DNA from: an uncultured Beijerinckia sp.
Lineage (GTDB): Bacteria > Pseudomonadota > Alphaproteobacteria > Rhizobiales > Beijerinckiaceae
Assembly (NCBI GenBank): GCA_964645525.1
Contig: CAZYBF010000003.1
Location: 141-64,140 of the forward strand
Reading direction: 5' to 3'
Length of the DNA: 64,000 nt
Shown one piece after another: positions 20,470 to 34,088 of the stretch. The position numbers and the translations under genes were made by a program. Under the pieces are notes generated by a model that ran no database searches, had not been told where the DNA came from, and worked only from the letters and a program-made list of their open reading frames with translations. Position 1 is the stretch's first letter, and every line of letters begins with the position of its first letter.

Positions 20470-22392
20470 ATGTTTTCCGCACGCCTTTTTCTGCGCCGCA
20501 TGGCGAGCCGCGCACGCGGCTTCGCGCGCGACCGGCAGGGAAACGTCGCCCTGCTGACGGGCCTTCTCGCCGTTCCGCTCGTGGGCGCCGTCGGCTTCGG
20601 CATCGACTACACGCGCGCGGTCAATTACCGCATCAAGCTCGACGCCGCCGCAAATGCGGCCTCCCTCGCCGCCATCGACACCGCGCGCGCGCTGATGGCG
20701 GCCAATCCCAATCTGACGGAAGCCGATGTGCGGGCCGCCTCGGTCGCGAAGGCGCAGCAAGTGTTCACTTCGCTCGCGCCTGTTGAATCGACGCCGATCG
20801 TCAGCTCCAACTTTCTCCTCGATCGCGTGGGCCGCACGTTCAGCGCCAGCGGATCTTATTCCGCCTATATGCCGACGACCTTCACCGCCGTTCTGGGCGT
20901 CGCCAGGCTCGACATCATCGGCGCGATCAAGAGCGACGGCGCCATGGCGCCGCCGCTCCCCAACGATCCGAACATCCTCGTCAAGGAAGAGGCGCTGAGC
21001 GCCACCGGCCTCGTCAGCGGCCGATCCTACATCGTGCTTAACGAGTTCAACGGCTGGAAATCCGCCGGCGGGCTCGAGATAAGCCTCGCGCGAAACTACA
21101 CGACCGATCCCACGCCGTTCGCCTCACCCTTCGCCATCGAACTCGACAGCTTCCAAAACGCGTCCGCCTCCCAGAAGGTCTATCTGAACGCCGGCCCCTA
21201 TGAGGTTCGCTATTTCTTCAACGAGCGCATCGCCTACAGCGATTACAGCCCCGGATGGCTGTGCGGCTCGCGGCCGTCCGACGTGGACTGGGCGAACGCA
21301 CAGGAGGGCAACTGGGGCGCTCAGACGAACCGCATCGCCTTCTATTTCGATCCGGCGTTCAACGACACGCCTCCAGCCAATCTCACGCCAGCCACGCATA
21401 ACATGATCGACGCATGCGTGGTGAGCGGCGGCAATTGGATCGAGCGCAGCATCAAGGTGACCGTCAATACGCCCGGCTATTTCTGGCTGACGATCCAGGC
21501 GGAAGGCGCCAGCGATCGGTTTGGCGGCGTGGTGTCCGACATACGCCTGTGCAAAGTCGCATGCCCCGGCGCGCCGTTGGAAAGCTTTCCCTGGCCGGCA
21601 GGCTCAGTTCTGTTCAAAGACGATTTCTCCACGCCGTCAGGCTCCGGCGCGTGGACGGAGCGCACGCTCGACGAATCGGGGGACAATCTGGGCTGGGCGC
21701 GGCTGCCGATCGGCTGGACCACCTGGCCCATCAATCAGGTGGACTTCGCCACCTACATGCTCAACGGCGTAACGACGCCGCGGCTGGGGCTTGACGCCAC
21801 CTATCTGAGAAACTCCGCCGGCGTGACGACCGAATCGACCTCCAATCGTTCGATCAGCCGACGCTTCTTTCTGACTCCTGGCTATTACAGCGTGCGCTAC
21901 GTCTATTTGTCGGTCCAGACGCCAAGCGTCTTCTCGGGCGTCTTGTGCGGCCTCGCCAATCATGCGTCCAACCTCGCGACGGCGGGCACAAACTCCTTCG
22001 CCGGGCGCGTGTTCATGGACGCTGACCTGAGATTCAGCCATCCCGAAGTCCGGCCGGTCGTGCGCTCCCTCGCATATTGGCGCAACCCGGACGGATCAGG
22101 CGGGTCCCTGCCGCGCCTGCCATCCACAGCCATCGACGCCTGCGCCTATTCCGCGACCCCCACCCAGCGCAATGTGGCGGTGAAGATCGTGAAGCCCGGA
22201 TTTTACTGGCTGACGTTCTCCGGCGAAGGCGCCGCCGACGAGGTCGGCGCAAGCATCTCGAAAGTGAGCCTGGTCGCTCTGGGCGGCCTCTCCATGGCCG
22301 CCCCGCCCGCCTCTCCGACGACCATTCCCGCCCCCGGCCTCGCGCCGGGGACGGCGATCATCCTCAACGGCGTGCAGATCTCCTCAAACTAG
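20470..22392 (+). CDS. TadG-like pilin-associated protein with two tandem C-terminal beta-rich domains
   Basis: FARDRQG|NVALLTGL...GFGIDY...LDAAA.AA Tad N-terminus, MPTTF..VLG; then an internal duplication (IDAC...V..PG.(F/Y)WLT...EGA.D..G). Confidence 0.85.
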   Translation: MFSARLFLRRMASRARGFARDRQGNVALLTGLLAVPLVGAVGFGIDYTRAVNYRIKLDAAANAASLAAIDTARALMAANPNLTEADVRAASVAKAQQVFTSLAPVESTPIVSSNFLLDRVGRTFSASGSYSAYMPTTFTAVLGVARLDIIGAIKSDGAMAPPLPNDPNILVKEEALSATGLVSGRSYIVLNEFNGWKSAGGLEISLARNYTTDPTPFASPFAIELDSFQNASASQKVYLNAGPYEVRYFFNERIAYSDYSPGWLCGSRPSDVDWANAQEGNWGAQTNRIAFYFDPAFNDTPPANLTPATHNMIDACVVSGGNWIERSIKVTVNTPGYFWLTIQAEGASDRFGGVVSDIRLCKVACPGAPLESFPWPAGSVLFKDDFSTPSGSGAWTERTLDESGDNLGWARLPIGWTTWPINQVDFATYMLNGVTTPRLGLDATYLRNSAGVTTESTSNRSISRRFFLTPGYYSVRYVYLSVQTPSVFSGVLCGLANHASNLATAGTNSFAGRVFMDADLRFSHPEVRPVVRSLAYWRNPDGSGGSLPRLPSTAIDACAYSATPTQRNVAVKIVKPGFYWLTFSGEGAADEVGASISKVSLVALGGLSMAAPPASPTTIPAPGLAPGTAIILNGVQISSN

Positions 22393-22452
22393 GGCTTTGC
22401 GGGCGCGCGGGGCCGGCGCCGCGCGCGCCGGTGGAGAAAGCCCGGCGAGGGG

Positions 22453-22579
22453 TTCACACCACCCCTGATTTGGTCTAGACGGTCGTGACCTCAGGTCGGG
22501 GCTCCCGCCTGAACGCCCTTGCAGGGTTTTCGGAGGACGCGCTCCGGCCATTCGAGGCCGCCAAGCGCGGCCTTTTTTT
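22453..22579 (+). promoter_or_regulatory. carB promoter and attenuator-like leader with intrinsic terminator
   Basis: TTCACA-N17-TAGACG (22453-22481); several hairpins; terminator AGGCCGC-CAAGC-GCGGCCT with T7 ending 38 nt before the ATG. Confidence 0.6.
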
Positions 22580-22617
22580 GTGCGCGAAGCGCGCGACCCG
22601 CAGACCAACGGACGACC

Positions 22618-26109
<3,492 letters not shown>

Positions 26110-26299
26110 GCCTAGACCCGTCCGTCTCGCTCCGGCGCGGCGGATCGCATGTCCGGAGGACCGCCCCCGTGGGGGCGGGATCCGCCGGGTCCGAAAAGTC
26201 AATCGCTCGCCACTCAGGGACATCACCGGCTTGCGCCGGCCCGGCGGGCTTTTGAACCATTCAACCAAGGAGCCCGCTGGCTTTTGCGGGAAGGGTAAA

Positions 26300-26769
26300 A
26301 TGGAAAAGATTCCGATGACCGTCGCGGGCTACGCCGCCCTCGAACAGGAGCTGAAGCACCGCCAGCAGGTCGAGCGCCCGCGGATCATCCAGGCGATCGC
26401 GGAAGCGCGCTCCCATGGCGACCTTTCCGAAAACGCCGAATATCATTCGGCCAAGGAATCGCAGTCGCTCAACGAAGGCCGCATCGCGGAGCTGGAGGAC
26501 AAGCTCTCCCGCGCGGAGGTCATCGACGTGTCGAAACTGGGCGGCGACACCGTGAAGTTCGGCGCCACCGTCACCCTCGTGGACGAAGACACCGACGAGG
26601 AGAAGAAGTACCAGATCGTCGGCGAGAGCGAGGCGGACGTGAAAAGCGGCAAGGTGTCGATCACCTCGCCCATCGCGCGCGCGCTCATCGGCAAGCGCGT
26701 CGGCGACGCCGTTGAGGTGAACACGCCCGGCGGCGGCAAGAGCTATGAAATCCTCGGGATCGCCTTCGT

Positions 26770-26773
<4 letters not shown>
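26300..26773 (+). CDS. greA: Transcription elongation factor GreA
   Basis: [28 protein letters not shown]. Confidence 0.98.
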
Positions 26774-28849
<2,076 letters not shown>

Positions 28850-28861
28850 GAGGCGCAGGAG

Positions 28862-29752
28862 ATGGACTGGGACAAGCTGCGCGTCTTCCATGCGGCCGCC
28901 GAAGCGGGCTCCTTCACCCATGCCGGCGACGCATTGGGCCTGAGCCAGTCGGCGGTGAGCCGACAGGTGAGCGGGCTCGAGGCTGATCTGCAGGCGCCCC
29001 TGTTCCACCGCCATGCGCGCGGCCTGATCCTGACCGAACAGGGCGAGGTGCTCTATCGCACCGTGCGCGACATTGTGATGAAGCTTGAAGCCGCGCGCTC
29101 GCGCCTGTCGGACACGCGCGAGCGCCCGCGCGGCGAATTGCGCGTCACCACCACGGTGGGCATCGGCACGAACTGGCTGACGCCACGCATCGGCGAGTTC
29201 ATCGAACTCTATCCCGACATCAAGGTGACGCTGCTTCTCTCCGACGACGAGCTCGACCTGTCGATGCGCGAGGCCGATGTGGCGATCCGCGTGCGCGAGC
29301 CCGTGCAGCCGGACCTGATCCGCCGTCGTCTCTTCACCATGCATTTCCACGCCTATGCGGCGCCGCTCTATCTGAAGCGCTTCGGCGAACCCAAGACGCT
29401 CGACGAGCTCGACAACCACCGCATCCTCACCTACGGCGTCTCGGCCCATTCCTATCTGGACGCGATCAACTCGCTCCATTTCGCCGGCCGCGAGGCCAAG
29501 GAGCCGCGCCCTTCCTCGCTCAAGGTGAACAACATCTCCGCCCTGCGCCGGGCGGTGGAGAACGGGGTGGGCATCGCCATCCTGCCGGATTATCTCGCGC
29601 TGGCGGACACGAGCCTCGTGCGCATCCTGCCGCAGGCGGACATGCCCGAGCTTGAGTGCTTCCTCGTCTATGCCGAGGAGTTGAAGAACGTCGCGCGCGT
29701 GCGCGTCTTCCGCGATTTCCTCGTCGCCAACGCCCAGCGCTGGGACTACTAG
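28862..29752 (+). CDS. vtlR: LysR-type regulator, LsrB/VtlR orthologue
   Basis: MDWDKLRVFHAAAEAGSFTHA...LFHRHARGLILTEQG...LRVTTTVG...LSMREADVAIR; directly downstream of trxB as in Sinorhizobium, Agrobacterium and Brucella. Confidence 0.88.
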   Translation: MDWDKLRVFHAAAEAGSFTHAGDALGLSQSAVSRQVSGLEADLQAPLFHRHARGLILTEQGEVLYRTVRDIVMKLEAARSRLSDTRERPRGELRVTTTVGIGTNWLTPRIGEFIELYPDIKVTLLLSDDELDLSMREADVAIRVREPVQPDLIRRRLFTMHFHAYAAPLYLKRFGEPKTLDELDNHRILTYGVSAHSYLDAINSLHFAGREAKEPRPSSLKVNNISALRRAVENGVGIAILPDYLALADTSLVRILPQADMPELECFLVYAEELKNVARVRVFRDFLVANAQRWDY

Positions 29753-29776
29753 TCAAGCTCAGGATTTAGCGATCCC

Positions 29777-29843
29777 CATGCGCGAAACGCATGGCGCTTA
29801 TGCGAATCCCTGTCTTGCGCCGCGCTGGGCGCATTGCGATTGT
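29777..29843 (+). promoter_or_regulatory. LysR-type inverted repeats plus promoter of the downstream sRNA
   Basis: CATGCG-N5-CGCATG (29777-29793) overlapping CGCAT-N7-ATGCG (29788-29804); TTGCGC-N17-GATTGT (29815-29843). Confidence 0.65.
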
Positions 29844-29849
29844 GATGAC

Positions 29850-29973
29850 GGCTGGGGATTGGCGCTTCGCCCCCTCCCTTCCGGCGCGGCGCCGCAAAAT
29901 CCCCAAGCCAACCCCTCTGATGGCGCCTGGCGAAGCCGGGTTGTCGGCCGGACAGCGATGTCCGGCCTTTTTT
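29850..29973 (+). ncRNA. AbcR (alpha-r15)-like small RNA
   Basis: Hairpin GGCTGGGGATT/AATCCCCAAGCC with anti-SD loop CCCTCCCTTCC, second CU-rich motif ACCCCTCTG, small hairpin, terminator GGCCGGACA-GCGA-TGTCCGGCC-T6; syntenic with abcR loci. Confidence 0.75.
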
Positions 29974-30052
29974 CTTTCTCCCGTTGACGGCCCGAAGGGC
30001 TCGGCCATGATGGCGCCCGAGCGCGCGAAAGAAGCGCGCCGGGAGGATTTCC

Positions 30053-31111
30053 ATGGACCGCAGACAAGCCTTGCGACAGGGCCTGGCGCTCGCCGGCGCC
30101 GGATTGGCGCATCTCAGCCTCGGCGCGCCCGCCCGCGCCCAGCAAAAGCTCATTCCCGTGAAATGCGGCGTGCCGAACGCGGCGACCGACGTGGGCTATT
30201 TCGTCGCCCATGCGAAGGGCTATTTCAAAGAGGAAGGGCTCGACGTCTCCTTCACGCCCTTCCCCTCCGCCGCCACCATGATCGCGCCCCTCGCCTCCGG
30301 CGAATTGCAAGTGGGCGCGGGCGGACCTTCGGCTGGCCTCTACAACGCGATCTCGCGCGGCATGGACATCCGCATCGTCGCCGACAAGAGCAAGAACGTC
30401 GTCAATCGCGGCAGCCAGAAACTGCTGGTGCGCAAGGCGCTCGTGGAGAGCGGCCGCGTGAAGACGCTCGCCGATCTCAAGGGCCTCAAATTCGCCAATG
30501 GCGCGCCCGGCTCCTCGGCCTCCTCCGTCATCTACAAAGTGCTGCAGAAAGCCGGGCTCGAAGCCTCCGACATCACCGAAGTGTCGATGAGCTTTCCCCA
30601 GCAGGTGGCCGCGCTGGAAAGCGGCGCGATCGATTTCGCCATGCCGCCTGATCCTGCGACCACGCTCGCGCTCAACCGCGGCGTCGCCGTCTCCCTGCTC
30701 AACGGCTGGGACGTCTATCCCGTGCACCAGATCGCGGTGACGCTCTATTCGGGCCGTTTCGCCACGCAGCAGCCCGACGCGGCGCGCCGCTTCATGCGCG
30801 CATTCCTCAAGGGCGTGCGCTATCACAACGACGCGCTCAACGAGAAGGGCGAATTCTCCGGCGCCAAGGGCGACGAAGTGGTGAAGATCCTCACCGAATA
30901 CGGGCCTTTCAAGGATCCAGCGCTCTACCGCTCGTTCATTCTCGCCTTCTGCGATCCCGACGGCGGGCTGCATATGGAGAGCCTGAAGGAGGACATCGAA
31001 ATCTTCCAGAAGCTGAAGCTTCTGGAGAAGCCGGTGGACATCAACCAGGTCGTTGATCTCTCCTTCCGCGACTGGGCGCTGAAAGAGCTCGGCCCCTACA
31101 AGAAATCCTGA
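30053..31111 (+). CDS. ABC transporter substrate-binding protein, NMT1/TauA/SsuA-like
   Basis: MDRRQAL Tat-like signal ending ARA|Q; KGYFKEEGLDV, LADLKG, AALESGAIDF; GGAGG RBS. Confidence 0.88.
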   Translation: MDRRQALRQGLALAGAGLAHLSLGAPARAQQKLIPVKCGVPNAATDVGYFVAHAKGYFKEEGLDVSFTPFPSAATMIAPLASGELQVGAGGPSAGLYNAISRGMDIRIVADKSKNVVNRGSQKLLVRKALVESGRVKTLADLKGLKFANGAPGSSASSVIYKVLQKAGLEASDITEVSMSFPQQVAALESGAIDFAMPPDPATTLALNRGVAVSLLNGWDVYPVHQIAVTLYSGRFATQQPDAARRFMRAFLKGVRYHNDALNEKGEFSGAKGDEVVKILTEYGPFKDPALYRSFILAFCDPDGGLHMESLKEDIEIFQKLKLLEKPVDINQVVDLSFRDWALKELGPYKKS

Positions 31112-31138
31112 CGCGCAGGCGCCCGCGCGCCGCGCGAA

Positions 31139-31174
31139 TTGAAACGCTCATGACATTTGAAACGCTCATGACAT
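31139..31174. repeat. Perfect 18-bp tandem duplication TTGAAACGCTCATGACAT x2
   Basis: Copies at 31139-31156 and 31157-31174, next to hairpin GGCCCGCCC-ATTG-GGGCGGGCC between convergent genes. Confidence 0.95.
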
Positions 31175-31205
31175 GCGGCCCGCCCATTGGGGCGGGCCAT
31201 TTGCG

Positions 31206-32162
31206 TCACATGTAGAGCTTTTCCTTCTCGAGCCCCTTGTAGAGATGGGCGACGTAATCGCCGTAGCCGTTCCACATGAGCGTGGGCACGCGCTTGCCCT
31301 CGCCGAGCACTTCCTCCGTCGCCTGACTCCAGCGCGGATGCGCGACCTGCGGATTGACGTTCGCCCAGAAGCCGTATTCCTGCGGCTGCAACGCCTCCCA
31401 GAAACTCTTGGGCCGCTCCGCCGTGAAGGTGATGCGGCGGATCGACTTCACCGCCTTGAACCCATATTTCCACGGCATGTGGACGCGCAGCGGCGCGCCA
31501 TATTGCTTGGGCAGCGGCTTGCCATAGGCGCCCGTCACCATGAAGGCGAGTTCGTTCGTCGCCTCCTCGATCGTGCATCCGTCCACATAAGGCCATGGAT
31601 ACCAGGTCTGACGCTGGCCCGACGCGATCTTGGGATCGAGGAACGTCTCCATGCGGATGTATTTGGCGCCCGACGCAGGCGCCGCGAGATCGACGAGCGC
31701 CTTCATGGGAAAGCCGGTCCAGGGCACGGTCATGCCCCACGCTTCGACGCAGCGCAGACGATACAGCCGCTCCTCAAGTTGAACGGCCTTCAGGAGATCG
31801 TCGATGCCGATCTCGCGCTCCTTGGCGACGAGCCCGTCGATCTTGATGAGCCAGGGCCGCGTCTCGAGACGCTGCGCGGCCGCCGCGATATTCTTGGTGG
31901 AGCCGAATTCGTAGAAATTATTGTAGCGCGAGGTGACGTCTTCCGGCGTCAGCGGCCGGTCGAGCGCATAGGCCTCGTTGCGGCGCGCGGGATAGAGCGC
32001 GGCGGAGGGATCGGCCTGCTGGGCCTGCGCGCCGTGCGGCAGAAGGCCGGCGGCGCCGATCGCGCCTGCGCCCGCCATGAAGGCGCGTCGATTGAAGAAC
32101 ACATGCTCCGGCGTGGCCCGGCTCTCGGGAATCTCCCAACCCCTGCGATGAATCACGTGCAT
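31206..32162 (-). CDS. msrP: Periplasmic protein-methionine-sulfoxide reductase catalytic subunit
   Basis: Tat signal NRRAFM, YNNFYEFG, RCVEAW, PWKYGFK, EYGFWANVNP. Confidence 0.97.
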   Translation of the reverse strand: MHVIHRRGWEIPESRATPEHVFFNRRAFMAGAGAIGAAGLLPHGAQAQQADPSAALYPARRNEAYALDRPLTPEDVTSRYNNFYEFGSTKNIAAAAQRLETRPWLIKIDGLVAKEREIGIDDLLKAVQLEERLYRLRCVEAWGMTVPWTGFPMKALVDLAAPASGAKYIRMETFLDPKIASGQRQTWYPWPYVDGCTIEEATNELAFMVTGAYGKPLPKQYGAPLRVHMPWKYGFKAVKSIRRITFTAERPKSFWEALQPQEYGFWANVNPQVAHPRWSQATEEVLGEGKRVPTLMWNGYGDYVAHLYKGLEKEKLYM

Positions 32163-32279
32163 GACGAACCCTCCTCGCGCGCCGCCTGAAGCCTTGCCTT
32201 CGCCCCCGCCTTGCCGGATGCTGCGGCCTTCGCAAGCGCCGCGGCGGCGCGGGACAGATTATAGGGCGGGCGTTCGCAC

Positions 32280-33155
32280 ATGGCGAAAGCGGTCATCGGC
32301 ATTATCGGCGGCTCTGGCGTTTACGATCTGCCCGGCCTTGTGGATTTGCGCGAGGAGCGCATCGACACGCCATGGGGCGAGCCCTCCGACGCCTTGCGCT
32401 TCGGCCGCGTGGGAGACGTGGATTGCGTCTTTCTGCCCCGGCATGGGCGCGGCCATCGCCTCTCGCCATCCGGCATCAATTACCGCGCCAACATCCATGC
32501 GCTGAAAAGCGTCGGCGTGACCGATCTCATCTCCGTCTCGGCCTGCGGGTCGTTCAAACAGGAATTGCATCCGGGCATGTTCGTGCTCGTCGATCAATTC
32601 ATCGACCGCACGCAGGGGCGGGCCTCCTCCTTCTTCGGCGACGGCTGCGTGGCCCATGTCTCCATGGCGCGCCCGGTCGCCCCGCGCCTGCAGGATCGCC
32701 TTGCGGCGGCCGCGCAGGCGGAAGGCCTGCCGCATGTGCGCGGCGGCGTCTATGTGTGCATGGAGGGCCCGCAATTCTCCTCCTACGCCGAATCCCTCGC
32801 CTACAAGGCCATGGGATGCGACGTGATCGGCATGACCGCCATGCCGGAGGCGAAACTCGCGCGCGAGGCCGAGCTTTCCTACGCCATCGTCGCCATGGTG
32901 ACGGATTACGATTGCTGGGCGCCTGACCACGAGGCGGTGGAAGTGTCCGCGATCATCAAGGTGGTGCGCGACAACGCCGCGAAGGCGGCGCGCCTGCTCG
33001 CGCGCGCGCTGCGCGACTTTCCAGCTGAACATGAGCCCTGCCCGATCGGATCGGACCGCGCGCTCGACACCGCGCTCATCACCGCGCCCGACGCGCGCGA
33101 CCCCGCGCTCCTGCGCAAGCTCGAGGTCATCCTGCGCCGCGTGAATGCGCGCTAG
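32280..33155 (+). CDS. mtnP: S-methyl-5'-thioadenosine phosphorylase
   Basis: IGIIGGSG, RHGRGH, INYRANI, EGPQFSS, GMTAMPEAKLARE, TDYDCW. Confidence 0.96.
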   Translation: MAKAVIGIIGGSGVYDLPGLVDLREERIDTPWGEPSDALRFGRVGDVDCVFLPRHGRGHRLSPSGINYRANIHALKSVGVTDLISVSACGSFKQELHPGMFVLVDQFIDRTQGRASSFFGDGCVAHVSMARPVAPRLQDRLAAAAQAEGLPHVRGGVYVCMEGPQFSSYAESLAYKAMGCDVIGMTAMPEAKLAREAELSYAIVAMVTDYDCWAPDHEAVEVSAIIKVVRDNAAKAARLLARALRDFPAEHEPCPIGSDRALDTALITAPDARDPALLRKLEVILRRVNAR

Positions 33156-33163
33156 CGGCCGCG

Positions 33164-33409
33164 CTACAGCCGGTGCATGTCCATGAAGCCCCACCAGCTC
33201 ATCATGCCGCCAAGCCCGCCGAACAGCGCGCGCACGAGCACGCCTGCGAGCATCAGGATCAGCATGACGATGAAGGCCGCCGGAATCATCGCCAGCGCAG
33301 CCTTGACGAAAAAGAGCACGAGACGGCCGAATGAAATGTCGAGATCGATGAGCGCGACGCGCTCGGGCAGGCGGGGCGACGGCGCGTCAGGGCGTGCGGC
33401 GTCTGTCAT
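33164..33409 (-). CDS. Small hypothetical membrane protein
   Basis: GGAG RBS; [27 protein letters not shown] followed by a long hydrophobic stretch. Confidence 0.7.
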   Translation of the reverse strand: MTDAARPDAPSPRLPERVALIDLDISFGRLVLFFVKAALAMIPAAFIVMLILMLAGVLVRALFGGLGGMMSWWGFMDMHRL

Positions 33410-33532
33410 GGGGCTCTCCTGCTTGCTTTCACTCCCCCCAGGATCAATTCTAGCGCGGGCGCAAGCCATGCGCGAGCGCGCATGCGCCGCAGCGCAGCTC
33501 CCGCGCCCGGCCACAGGAAAGACCCGATCCGC

Positions 33533-34072
33533 ATGAACCTCGACAGCGACCTGAAGGACGCCATCCGCACGATCCCGGATTATCCCAAGCCCGGCATCCT
33601 GTTTCGCGACATCACCACCCTGCTCGGCTCGCCGGCCGCCTTTCGCCGCGCGGTGGACCAATTGGTCGCGCCCTGGGCGGGCGGCAAGATCGACAAGGTC
33701 GCGGGGATCGAGGCGCGGGGCTTCATTCTCGGCGGCGCCGTGGCGCATCAATTGTCAGCGGGCTTCGTGCCGATCCGCAAGAAGGGCAAACTGCCCCACA
33801 CGAAAGTCTCGATCGCCTATTCGCTGGAATATGGCGTGGACGAGATGGAGATGCACAGCGACGCGGTGAACCCCGGCGAGCGCGTGATCCTGATCGACGA
33901 TCTCATCGCCACCGGCGGCACGGCCGAGGGCGCGGTGAAACTTTTGAAGTCAATCGGCGCGGACGTGGTCGCGGCCTGTTTCGTCATCGACCTGCCGGAC
34001 CTTGGCGGCGCGCGCAAGATCGAGGCGCTCGGCGTGCCGGTGCGCACGCTCATGGCGTTCGAGGGCCATTGA
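33533..34072 (+). CDS. apt: Adenine phosphoribosyltransferase
   Basis: [43 protein letters not shown]. Confidence 0.98.
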   Translation: MNLDSDLKDAIRTIPDYPKPGILFRDITTLLGSPAAFRRAVDQLVAPWAGGKIDKVAGIEARGFILGGAVAHQLSAGFVPIRKKGKLPHTKVSIAYSLEYGVDEMEMHSDAVNPGERVILIDDLIATGGTAEGAVKLLKSIGADVVAACFVIDLPDLGGARKIEALGVPVRTLMAFEGH

Positions 34073-34088
34073 GCGCGCACGGCGCGCT

